DNA from: a virus
Taxonomy: Duplodnaviria > Heunggongvirae > Uroviricota > Caudoviricetes
DNA length: 64,000 bases
Virus record (IMG/VR): IMGVR_UViG_3300028840_008157
Direction: 5' to 3' (one strand)
The translations under genes were made by a program, and so were the position numbers. The notes beneath the pieces were generated by a model. The model did not search any database. It saw only the letters and a list, made by a program, of their open reading frames with translations, and was not told where the DNA came from. Shown here one piece after another: positions 1 to 7,832 of this stretch (positions are counted from its first letter, which is position 1; each line of letters begins with the position of its first letter).

Positions 1-335
1 ACGTCCAGCTCGAACTGGGTCATTACGCCCCCGTTGAACCCGTACTCGACCGTCGGGCTACCGTCGTTCCCGTAGCGCAACATCGCGAGGGTCGTTTCCC
101 TCATGGCCCCCATCCACCTATGGTAAGAAGCGCCGACGTTGACGTTCCGGACGTTCCTGTACGCCGGACCGCAAAGATTTTGTATGTAGAAGAAGCGCCT
201 TCTCAACCCCCTCAACAGCGCGAGGGTTGATTCCTGGGTAGGGCTCATCCAACTGTCCCAATTGAAATGAACGGGCCGACGAGCGTTCCTCCACGACGGT
301 TCTCGTACATGTACATGGGGCAGCGGCTTCCTCAT
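1..335 (-). CDS. hypothetical protein, runs off the window edge
   Basis: ATG at 335 with GGAGG upstream; open frame MRKPLPHVHVREPSW...GVMTQFELD to position 1; not in ORF track. Confidence 0.6.
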   Translation of the reverse strand, partial: MRKPLPHVHVREPSWRNARRPVHFNWDSWMSPTQESTLALLRGLRRRFFYIQNLCGPAYRNVRNVNVGASYHRWMGAMRETTLAMLRYGNDGSPTVEYGFNGGVMTQFELD

Positions 336-447
336 TCTTCCTCCGTGGTCATTAAACCACGTGATCGGCGCCCGTCAAGCCAAAAGGAAGCCATCCGGGC
401 TCCGTCGTACATAGCCGGAGAGGTCTCGTTTCTCAAGGAGCCCGGAC

Positions 448-1689
448 ATGCCCAGGAATCCACGCGAATTCGGATTGATACCCAAGAGGCCGGAACCGAA
501 GCCCGTCGCTCCGGAGCCGTCGCTCCAGACGGACATCGAGGGCGTCGACGAGGACTTCCTCGCCGTCATCACGTCCCGCTTCGAGGGCATGGCCCTCGAG
601 GACGTCGTCGAGTTCCTCAAGAATCCGGACAACGAGAAGGTCAAGGAGGATATCGAGACCGCCATAAGGGCCAGGAAGAGGCTCAGGGAGATGGGAGACC
701 CCGAGGAAGCGGTGACCATCGTGAGCGAGGAGGAGGATCTTGACCCGTCGCTCCCGCTATCATCCCCCGCCACATCCGTTCACGACCTCGAAGAAATCCT
801 CGCTGAAGACCCAACCAAGGAATTCGTCGAATTCGACCCCGAAAAGGCCGAGGACGTCCGGGTCGAGTCGAAAGGCGAGGAACGCGGACGAGCCGAGATG
901 AAGCAGAAGTATCCTGGCGTCCCCAGCAAGTTCCAGCCTACGGAACGAGCGCTCGAGAGCCTCGGCTCGATGCTCAAGCAGGTCAAGACGGCCTCGGGAT
1001 GGAACACGCCGTTCATACCTGGTCGTTTTTTCGGATCCCCCGAGAATCTCGCCCGGGAGGCGATGGGCATCGTTTCCAAGATCGCATGGAAGAACATCCC
1101 GTTCGAGTACAGCCGCAAGCCCGGCAGGCAACCAAAGCCGGGTGACTTGGCAAACCGCTATTGCCCCAAGTGCAAGAAGACGACCAAGCACAAGCTCCTG
1201 GAGGGCGGCGGCGAGGAATGCGTGGAACTCCACGAGGAGCTCGAAAAGACCAAGCCCGAAAAGAAGTGGAAGGAGTCTCCTGAGGAACTCATAGAGCTCG
1301 GGAAGATGCTCTTGGGCGAGGGCGAACCCAAGAACGCGTCGTCCAAGGTCGTCGTCAAGGTATCCGGAGTCGAGGTCGCCACGGACAAGGTTCAGGCCAA
1401 GCTCCTTGACTTCAGGGACCAAATCAGGTCCCAAGGACGGGACTCGGCGGACTTCCTGAAGAGGAGAATGATCGACGGCCCGATGATGGACATCGAGAAG
1501 ATCATCGAGGAGGGAGACGTGGAGGGCATCGCCGCCCAATACTACCCGGGATGGACGACGGAGGACTTCCAGGCGTACCTAGAGGGACTTAGGAACTTGT
1601 CCGAAGAGATCGACCAGGCGCTCGCCAACCCGACGTCGGAATTCTTTACGACGGCTTCGCGCAACGTCGTCGTAAGAATGGGCTTCTAG
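448..1689 (+). CDS. hypothetical protein with a CxxC zinc-ribbon segment
   Basis: 413 aa, AAGGAG RBS, typical codon bias, YCPKCKKTTKH motif, VKTA motif. Confidence 0.8.
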   Translation: MPRNPREFGLIPKRPEPKPVAPEPSLQTDIEGVDEDFLAVITSRFEGMALEDVVEFLKNPDNEKVKEDIETAIRARKRLREMGDPEEAVTIVSEEEDLDPSLPLSSPATSVHDLEEILAEDPTKEFVEFDPEKAEDVRVESKGEERGRAEMKQKYPGVPSKFQPTERALESLGSMLKQVKTASGWNTPFIPGRFFGSPENLAREAMGIVSKIAWKNIPFEYSRKPGRQPKPGDLANRYCPKCKKTTKHKLLEGGGEECVELHEELEKTKPEKKWKESPEELIELGKMLLGEGEPKNASSKVVVKVSGVEVATDKVQAKLLDFRDQIRSQGRDSADFLKRRMIDGPMMDIEKIIEEGDVEGIAAQYYPGWTTEDFQAYLEGLRNLSEEIDQALANPTSEFFTTASRNVVVRMGF

Positions 1690-2018
1690 TCGCCCATTAT
1701 CGACATGAGCTCCTTCTTGGGTATCTCAGGTTTGAACTGTTCGAACTCGGCGACCTTCGATGGCTCTCTCGGGGGCAACTTGACGCGCCTCATCTTGGAA
1801 GCCTTCTTGATGACGCACTTGTCGCAGATGAACGCCTGCAAGTACTCGTCCCCGTCCTCGTCGTAAACGCGGCTACCGAAGTTTCCCGCCGAGTGAAAGA
1901 CGACCCCGTCGTACGCGATGTTCCACGAGTTGACGTGGTCAAGGGGGGGAGCCGCGCTGATCTTTCCGTCGCAGACGACGCATCGGACCGTCATCATTCG
2001 GTCCGTTTTCTTCGACAT
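1686..2018 (-). CDS. hypothetical Zn-binding protein
   Basis: CVVC...CDKC; start moved to MSKKTDR. Confidence 0.65.
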   Translation of the reverse strand: MSKKTDRMMTVRCVVCDGKISAAPPLDHVNSWNIAYDGVVFHSAGNFGSRVYDEDGDEYLQAFICDKCVIKKASKMRRVKLPPREPSKVAEFEQFKPEIPKKELMSIMGD

Positions 2019-2425
2019 TTCCCGTCTCCTATCGCGGCCAATTGATGCGCCAGGAAGCACGTCTCCTCGACGACGTCCATGAACGTCCAAGCGCGATCCC
2101 TTACGAACGGCGACGAGAGTCGCCCCCACGCGGACTTCATTTCCTCAACGTCCAACGGCTGCCCGAGCGCGTCCCCGGCATGGGCGCAGTCAAACCCGAA
2201 CCACGTGCCGTCCTCCGTCGTCCGGCTGAACGTCAGTCCTCCGTGGGCGTAGACGTCCTCGGCCTCGGTGGCCTCGTCGTAGCCCATCCCATGGAGGAGA
2301 TGATTGACGGGGACCTTCGCGTACCCGCAGAACGCCATGGGCCCCTGGAGGACGGCGCATTCGATGCCCTCGTGAACCCATCGGTGGAGGATTCTGTCCT
2401 CCGGTGGCCAAGTCGCCTCTTCCAT
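1994..2425 (-). CDS. conserved phage hypothetical protein
   Basis: CGYAKVP..H...HGGLTFS...WFGFDCAHAGD motif recurrent in phage proteins; start uncertain. Confidence 0.75.
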   Translation of the reverse strand: MEEATWPPEDRILHRWVHEGIECAVLQGPMAFCGYAKVPVNHLLHGMGYDEATEAEDVYAHGGLTFSRTTEDGTWFGFDCAHAGDALGQPLDVEEMKSAWGRLSSPFVRDRAWTFMDVVEETCFLAHQLAAIGDGKCRRKRTE

Positions 2426-2441
2426 GCACGTATTATTCCCC

Positions 2442-2470
2442 TTGACGTCCACGAAATCAAGTGTTATCCT
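2442..2470 (+). promoter_or_regulatory. sigma70-like promoter
   Basis: TTGACG-17 nt-TATCCT with extended TG, upstream of the 2488 gene. Confidence 0.55.
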
Positions 2471-2487
2471 GAGGTCGGAGGTGAAAC

Positions 2488-2955
2488 ATGGCCAAGAAAG
2501 GACCTGACCGGGTGGCGACGGCCAAGCTGCGCCAGATGGAGAAGGACAAGGCCAAGGAGTGGAAAACCCTCGTTTCCGACCACGATGACGGGGACTACGC
2601 GGAGGTTCTAGAAATCCTGCGTTTCAAGCTGGAGAGGGTTCGCGTCCACATCGCGACCCGCAAGTTGGTCAAGGACGCTTCCAGGATATCCAAGGAGATA
2701 AGGAAGGTGACCCACCTCCTCGACAAGGTCATCGCCGACCAGTACGAGGAGAGGAGATCGCGTCGGTTCTTCGCCAGGCATCGAATCCAGAGGAAGTTGG
2801 GCGTCGATTCCAAGGGCGTACTCCGGACTGGAGTCCCGGAGGACCTGAGGGGCGAATTCATGGCGGAGATGGAGGCGGCGTTCGACGAGCGCAAGGCCGA
2901 CCTGAAGCGCGCCTTCGACATGATGGCCGACAAAATATGGACGTGGTGGGAATGA
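2488..2955 (+). CDS. hypothetical protein
   Basis: 155 aa, GGAGGTG RBS. Confidence 0.8.
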   Translation: MAKKGPDRVATAKLRQMEKDKAKEWKTLVSDHDDGDYAEVLEILRFKLERVRVHIATRKLVKDASRISKEIRKVTHLLDKVIADQYEERRSRRFFARHRIQRKLGVDSKGVLRTGVPEDLRGEFMAEMEAAFDERKADLKRAFDMMADKIWTWWE

Positions 2956-3215
2956 TCATAGACGCCGCCATGGGATGGAACGCCGATCCGACGTTCGATT
3001 ATGGTCCCGTCGTAGTGATCGGCACGCAGACGTTGCGCCTCGGTCGAGACGCGGCGAAGATTCTGGAGCGATACATCTCCGTCGCCCTGGAACGCAGGTC
3101 GACGCTGCCGTTTGAAAGGTCGGACTTGCTAGAATGGCCTAACACGTGGAGGGAGCACGACCTGCTCCTGCGAAGACTCGAACTCTACGACCCCCATTGG
3201 CGGGTGCCCCGTTAG
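2952..3215 (+). CDS. hypothetical protein
   Basis: ATGA overlap with the upstream stop. Confidence 0.5.
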   Translation: MIIDAAMGWNADPTFDYGPVVVIGTQTLRLGRDAAKILERYISVALERRSTLPFERSDLLEWPNTWREHDLLLRRLELYDPHWRVPR

Positions 3216-3228
3216 CACAAAAAACGGA

Positions 3229-3552
3229 TTGACACATGACCTTCACGAGGTATCCTTTCTCGTGGAAGGAGGAAGCGTCATGATCGACGTCCCGTGGTTC
3301 GAGGACGACGTCACGTTCCATGACAAATACAAGGGCGCGTTGCAAGTCGAGACGGAAGAAGACGCGGAACGATACCTTGAGGGTTGCATAGAGCATCATC
3401 TTCGCGTCGACCCGGAATCGTCCGAGGAGGAGGCCAGGGAAAAGGTCCTGTCCAGTCTCGGCTACTACGCCGGTTATTGTGGCATGGAGGCCCGCGAGAA
3501 GGTCGAGCGGCTATTCGGCGCGATACATCCGGTTCTTCGGGAGCGTCCGTAA
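3229..3552 (+). CDS. hypothetical protein
   Basis: LGYYAGY...ERLFGAIHP; true start may be the RBS-preceded ATG near 3280. Confidence 0.7.
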   Translation: MTHDLHEVSFLVEGGSVMIDVPWFEDDVTFHDKYKGALQVETEEDAERYLEGCIEHHLRVDPESSEEEAREKVLSSLGYYAGYCGMEAREKVERLFGAIHPVLRERP

Positions 3553-3658
3553 TAAATGGACGCCGGAGGAAATTTTGAAGGCCGGAATGGAGATGGGTAG
3601 AAGGATGAGGGATCGAAGTGGCGGAGGGTTGAACTGACGTTTGCCTGGAGGGCGAAAC

Positions 3659-4057
3659 ATGAAGACGAAAGAGGTCGAGAAGGAGCTTCGTTCGATGGGA
3701 ATCCATCCCCTGACGGAGGACGGGAAGCGGTTCTACATGTCCGGGGACTCTCGAGTGTTGATCCAGGAAAGAGACGGCGACATCCTGTTGTCAAGCGTCG
3801 TTGGACTCCTGTCCGAGGTTCTGGAACAGAACATCCCGAACGCCCTGGTCGCGTTCCTCGACGCGAACCAGCACCTACAGCCGGCTTCGCTTGGAATAAT
3901 GGTCGAGAACAACGACATGGCGGTAAAGGCGATGGTCCTCATCGACAGGGTATCCGACAGGGGATCGTTGCAGAGGTCGTTGAACGCGCTGGAGATGGCG
4001 ATCCGCGCGTCGGCGGCCATCATGTCTCAGGCGGCCTCGGAGGTCGCCCTGGCCTAG
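3659..4057 (+). CDS. YbjN/T3SS-chaperone-like fold protein (tentative)
   Basis: GGAGG RBS; LVAFLDAN..LQPASLGI pattern followed by an amphipathic C-terminal helix. Confidence 0.5.
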   Translation: MKTKEVEKELRSMGIHPLTEDGKRFYMSGDSRVLIQERDGDILLSSVVGLLSEVLEQNIPNALVAFLDANQHLQPASLGIMVENNDMAVKAMVLIDRVSDRGSLQRSLNALEMAIRASAAIMSQAASEVALA

Positions 4058-4065
4058 CATCGCCC

Positions 4066-4118
4066 GGGGGCGGTCGGCGTTGCGCGAACTGGCGTCGCGC
4101 TTTCGTCGACCGACCCCC
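4066..4118. terminator. long GC-rich hairpin between convergent genes
   Basis: ggggcggtcggcg...cgtcgaccgacccc arms enclosing gcgcga/tcgcgc. Confidence 0.5.
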
Positions 4119-4128
4119 AAAATCATGG

Positions 4129-4371
4129 TCATTTATGAAGGCATCCATTGCTGGTGTCAATCATGTAGTCCGGGTCGATAGTCGTGTGGTTATGGCCATC
4201 GGTAAGCCTTCCCCTGTACTGCCCGCATCGGGAGCATTTCTCGATGGTGGCGCGTAGCACGAGGCCCTTCCTAACGTCTCCCGTCAGGCTGCTTATGGCG
4301 TTGCCCTTGCACAGAGATGACGAGGTAACCTCCCAGAGGTGGGCTCCGAAAAGGCATCTGAGTGGCTTCAT
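4129..4371 (-). CDS. small DUF1660-like phage protein
   Basis: LRCLFGAHLW...CSRCG motif. Confidence 0.6.
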   Translation of the reverse strand: MKPLRCLFGAHLWEVTSSSLCKGNAISSLTGDVRKGLVLRATIEKCSRCGQYRGRLTDGHNHTTIDPDYMIDTSNGCLHK

Positions 4372-4384
4372 CCCATCGCCCCTT

Positions 4385-4870
4385 TTAGGTCCCGTAAACT
4401 TCGAGTCTACGGAGGAACATCCTCGCCGACATGATGGGGAACGCGTTCATGTCCCCATGCAGCAGAAGGCTGGCGATTGCTGATCCTCTCTTGGCAGCCG
4501 CGTGGCAAATCTGGGCTTTGATGACGGGATGGGCGGCGTGAATTCGTTCCGGGTCGCTGGTGCAGATCACCCATCCCAACAGCAACCTCCTTGGATCGTG
4601 GGCCACCATGACGAAGGCTTCCTCGTCCTTGGCGAGGATTTCCCTCAGGACTTTCTTGATCCCCTCGACGAACTCATCGAACTCCTCCATGATGTCCTCT
4701 GGGACTGATCCGCGCCTGGAAATCTCCCGAACCTGACCGGATACCCAAGGTTCTGGCTTGGGAACCGGTCGCCTTGGCTGTGTCCCCCGTTTCTGGCTCG
4801 TCTCTTCTCCGGGTAGCGTTCCGGCGGCCATGGCGGCCGCGCCCCCGGCGATGAAGGTTCTACGATCCAT
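4385..4870 (-). CDS. hypothetical protein with twin-arginine-like N-terminus
   Basis: MDRRTFIAGGAAAMAAG. Confidence 0.7.
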   Translation of the reverse strand: MDRRTFIAGGAAAMAAGTLPGEETSQKRGTQPRRPVPKPEPWVSGQVREISRRGSVPEDIMEEFDEFVEGIKKVLREILAKDEEAFVMVAHDPRRLLLGWVICTSDPERIHAAHPVIKAQICHAAAKRGSAIASLLLHGDMNAFPIMSARMFLRRLEVYGT

Positions 4871-4871
4871 T

Positions 4872-5720
4872 TTACCTCTCTCCTTTCCCCGCTGGGTTAT
4901 CCATCCCGAGCGCCTGCCAGAACTCGTCGGCCGAGCTCTCGCGCCCGTTCATGTATTCCTCCATCTGCGTCTTCGTCTTGACCGGGACGTCGTCCATGTC
5001 GGGGACGCTCTCCATCAGGACGCCCTCGCAGGGTTCCATGACGAAGTCCATGTGTAGCAGCTCGGACATCGGCCTCAGCTTCTCGACCGACCCGTAATGA
5101 CAGGTGGCCGACCACGAGCATTCCATGGGGTTCGTCAGCTTGTTCCCGCATGGCATCTTCTCCACGTCGTACCTCGTCATCCATCCAACGGCCCATGACC
5201 GGCAGAGCTCGGAGTTGTAGACGAAGAAGACGAACCTGTCGGCGGACCCGGCGTCGGATTGCTTGACGATGACGCGGCGCGGGTTGAACTCGCCAAGCGT
5301 CCTTGTGATGACCATCACGTTCCCGAACTTGCGCCTGCCGCCCGATGGGCTGGCGTCCGGGGCGACGCGGTACAGCATCGACAGGCAGAGGTCGGCGGAG
5401 ATGGCCTTCATCTCGGTCTGGACGGACGTGTTCCTGAGCGTCGCCCTCGAGTGGGCGACCGATTCCATGAGCGTCCGGTCCATGGCGCGCCGGATGGCCG
5501 GAGGGGATGGTTCCGGGCCCTCCTTCGAGACGAGGCCACGCATGTAGCTGCGATGCTCCTCCGGCCATGACTTCTTGATGTCATCGATCTGGGACTGGAA
5601 GACCGAGTCGGCCTTGTACTTGAACGTCCCCTTCCGCAGGGAAGCCTCGAGGTTCTTCATGGCCTCCTCGGCCTGGTCCGCGTCCATGATGTGGGTTCCC
5701 TGCTTGTAGAAGTAGATCAT
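4872..5720 (-). CDS. hypothetical protein
   Basis: 282 aa, GGAGG RBS, operon packing. Confidence 0.75.
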   Translation of the reverse strand: MIYFYKQGTHIMDADQAEEAMKNLEASLRKGTFKYKADSVFQSQIDDIKKSWPEEHRSYMRGLVSKEGPEPSPPAIRRAMDRTLMESVAHSRATLRNTSVQTEMKAISADLCLSMLYRVAPDASPSGGRRKFGNVMVITRTLGEFNPRRVIVKQSDAGSADRFVFFVYNSELCRSWAVGWMTRYDVEKMPCGNKLTNPMECSWSATCHYGSVEKLRPMSELLHMDFVMEPCEGVLMESVPDMDDVPVKTKTQMEEYMNGRESSADEFWQALGMDNPAGKGER

Positions 5721-5920
5721 GTCGATCCTCCGCGAATGTTTGACTGATCTGAGACGTATGCCCCGATTCTATGGCCCGGAAAGCGCCCGTCGAAGTACGC
5801 GTCGATGACGGGCTCGAAACGACTGGGCGGGGATTCCTTTCCTCGAGTCTGCCAGTAGTGGACATCCTGCCACAGGGGTGTCTTCTCTATGATGAGTTGC
5901 TGGAAACGGATGGGCCGCAT
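5717..5920 (-). CDS. hypothetical protein
   Basis: 67 aa, ATGA-coupled to the downstream gene. Confidence 0.55.
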   Translation of the reverse strand: MRPIRFQQLIIEKTPLWQDVHYWQTRGKESPPSRFEPVIDAYFDGRFPGHRIGAYVSDQSNIRGGST

Positions 5921-5925
5921 TACGG

Positions 5926-6330
5926 TTACTTCCCCTGAGTCCCGCTACATGATACGGGCTTCATCGGCAAGTCAAGCGATTTCCCGGAAAGCGCCAGCGG
6001 AAGCTTGCGAAGCCGTCCCATCATTTCCTTCACTGGAAGGAAGGCAACCGCCGTCATCTCGTCGCCGATGTCGGGCTCGATGAACGTCGCGTACGGCGAC
6101 TCCGGGATCGTCTCCGACGTCCACCCGGAACACAGGTCGGCCCACCAGTAGAGATCGTCCTCGCCCTTTACCTCGAGGAGGACGATGGTCTTGTGGTGCT
6201 CGGCCCATTCGCGAACCTAAGGCTCGTGACCGTTGCGGAGCATGAACTCCGCAACGGCGTGACAAGCCTGCACGGCCCGCTGGGCCGGGGACAGGTCCGA
6301 CCTGACGAGGACGTACAGTTTCTCGTTCAT
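5926..6330 (-). CDS. Pth2-type peptidyl-tRNA hydrolase with in-frame amber (TAG) at codon 38
   Basis: Manual translation MNEKLYVLVRSDLSPAQRAVQACHAVAEFMLRNGHEP*VREWAEHHKTIVLLEV...FIEPDIGDEMTAVAF...RKLPL; TAG at 6217-6219; ATGA overlap with upstream gene; ends TAA 5926-5928; absent from ORF track. Confidence 0.85.
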
Positions 6331-6674
6331 GAGACCACCGCCATTCCGACGGCCCGGCAAGCCCTCGCGAGGGCGCGAAGTCTACGGAGCGCCCCGTAGG
6401 CGACGCGGCTGGGCCGCTTCGCGTGGTTCCGGAGCAACCCCTCGTCGATCATGGCTTTCACCTGTTCCTTGGTGATCTCCGCGATCTGGTCGGGGTCGTA
6501 GTCGAAGGCCTTCGCGATGGCTTTCTGGGTCAACAACACGGACGCCTTTCGCTTCAACCCGACGTACTCCTTCCACCTGGGGTGGCGGGGGTTGATGAAG
6601 CAGTCCTTCTTGAGCTTGAAGATCGCCATCGAGACGGCCTTCGTCTGCTGGGTGAGGCTGTTCTTGATCGTCAT
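6327..6674 (-). CDS. hypothetical basic protein coupled to the Pth gene
   Basis: 115 aa, AAGGAG RBS, TGA overlaps the Pth ATG. Confidence 0.75.
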   Translation of the reverse strand: MTIKNSLTQQTKAVSMAIFKLKKDCFINPRHPRWKEYVGLKRKASVLLTQKAIAKAFDYDPDQIAEITKEQVKAMIDEGLLRNHAKRPSRVAYGALRRLRALARACRAVGMAVVS

Positions 6675-6747
6675 CTTGTTTCTCCTTCGGTTCTAATAGG
6701 TCCATTTCGATGGACCCCGTTTCAGAAAATGGGGAAAAAGACGACGA

Positions 6748-6774
6748 TCATGGGCCTCGGATCATCTAGGTCAT
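6748..6774 (-). other. SD-led minigene ATG ACC TAG (readthrough product MTxMIRGP)
   Basis: AAGGAGG ending 7 nt before ATG 6774; TAG 6766-6768; TGA 6748-6750. Confidence 0.5.
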
Positions 6775-6776
6775 GG

Positions 6777-7094
6777 TCATTCCTCCTTTCTTTCCTTGAT
6801 CATCTCCAACGCGGTCTCCGCGGACACGTTCCAAAAGTCCATCGCGCCGCTGACCTCGTAGATTTTCTTGACGTGGACCTTCCATGGCCAAAACGGCGCT
6901 TCGCCGCCGCTATTGATTCCGGCGAGTATCCTGGCGTCGTCGTCCTTCTCGTCCTCGAGAAAGTCGATCAGCTCGTCGAGTGATTGGAAGTACTGCGAGT
7001 GGCGGGAGACTTTGTGGCGCGTACAACCGCAATTGCAGGATTCAACTTCGTTGTCTCGGTCATATACGAGGAGGTAGCCGGTTACCTATGTCAT
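6777..7094 (-). CDS. hypothetical protein with amber at codon 3
   Basis: ATG ACA TAG GTA ACC...; 105 codons MT*VTGYLLVYDRDNEVESCNCGC...ERKEE with phage-like codon usage; no other start until codon 85; absent from ORF track. Confidence 0.65.
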
Positions 7095-7101
7095 GTTATT
7101 T

Positions 7102-7177
7102 TGGCGCTTCCGATGGGAATCGAACCCATACGGCCGGGTTTAGAACCCGGTGCTCTGCCTAGTTGAGCTACGGAAGC
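7102..7177 (-). tRNA. amber suppressor tRNA (anticodon CUA), CCA encoded
   Basis: GCTTCCG TA GCTC AACTAGGCA GAGC A CCGGG TTCTAAA CCCGG CCGT ATGGG TTCGATT CCCAT CGGAAGC G CCA; all stems pair, 76 nt, discriminator G. Confidence 0.93.
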
Positions 7178-7197
7178 ACGTCCTCCTTTCGTTATTC

Positions 7198-7226
7198 ATC
7201 TTATACGCCAAAAATATACTTGTCAA
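7198..7226 (-). promoter_or_regulatory. sigma70-like promoter for the tRNA operon
   Basis: TTGACA-17 nt-TAAGAT, with the -10 about 20 nt upstream of the tRNA 5' end. Confidence 0.75.
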
Positions 7227-7686
7227 CCTTTTCGTTTGTTCCTTCCACAGAAGGTTTTTGTTTGCGAATCACAATTGGGACACAGAAAACGAAGGTTTAT
7301 AAGACGATGGTCGTTACGTATCCCATTAACGTGATCCAAACGAAGAACGAGCGACTTGCCTTCCCATACTGGTTGCAGGCCACATGTAGCGCATTCGTAT
7401 TTTAATAGTTTATCTCTGAAAATAACCCTTCGAACCGCGTCCGAGGGCCGCAAGGTCGCCGACTTCCCCGTCCCCGCTCCGGCGGACAAGCTCGCCTTCA
7501 AGGGCTGACCTTACGCCTGCCTGGTCCCCCACCCCCCGCACGGCGGAGGGCGACCTGGCGGGCATCCTGACGGTATCGATAATTGCTTCCGACGATGGCC
7601 CTATTAAGCAATCGTAGTGCATGGGCAATGGAAATGCTGTTCTTGATGGCCGAAATGAAAACGTCGTCTTCTTCCCATCGATTCAT
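7223..7686 (-). pseudogene. disrupted HNH homing endonuclease
   Basis: Low-GC N-term (FISAIKNSISIAHALRLL..GSNY) and C-term (CATC...LRLDHVNGIRNDHRLINLRFLCPNC) in different frames, separated by a GC-rich foreign segment ~7437-7571. Confidence 0.75.
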
Positions 7687-7768
7687 TTTTTATCCTTTCC
7701 TAACCCCCTTTAATCATACGGTTGTAGGTCAAAATCGAAAAGAAAACTCCTCCACGGGTAGGAAATCT

Positions 7769-7818
7769 TTGACAGTTGAGGTATAAGTAATCTTAGCGAC
7801 GTTGACAGTTGACTGTAA
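7769..7818 (+). promoter_or_regulatory. TTGACAGTTGA direct repeat and dyad upstream of the MerR gene
   Basis: Copies at 7769-7779 and 7802-7812; the second overlaps the dyad acag-ttga-ctgt. Confidence 0.45.
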
Positions 7819-7832
7819 ACATGAGGTGGACG

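Noticed and set aside
1156-1195. Ribosomal protein L33/L44e similarity (RYCPKCKKTTKH)
   Set aside because: Only a short generic zinc-knuckle inside a 413-aa unrelated protein.
7102-7177. tRNA-Pyl or tRNA-Arg(UCU)
   Set aside because: The canonical 5-bp anticodon stem, GG in the D loop and TTCGA T loop exclude the Pyl architecture. The CCGGG/CCCGG stem centres CTA, not TCT, in the 7-nt loop.
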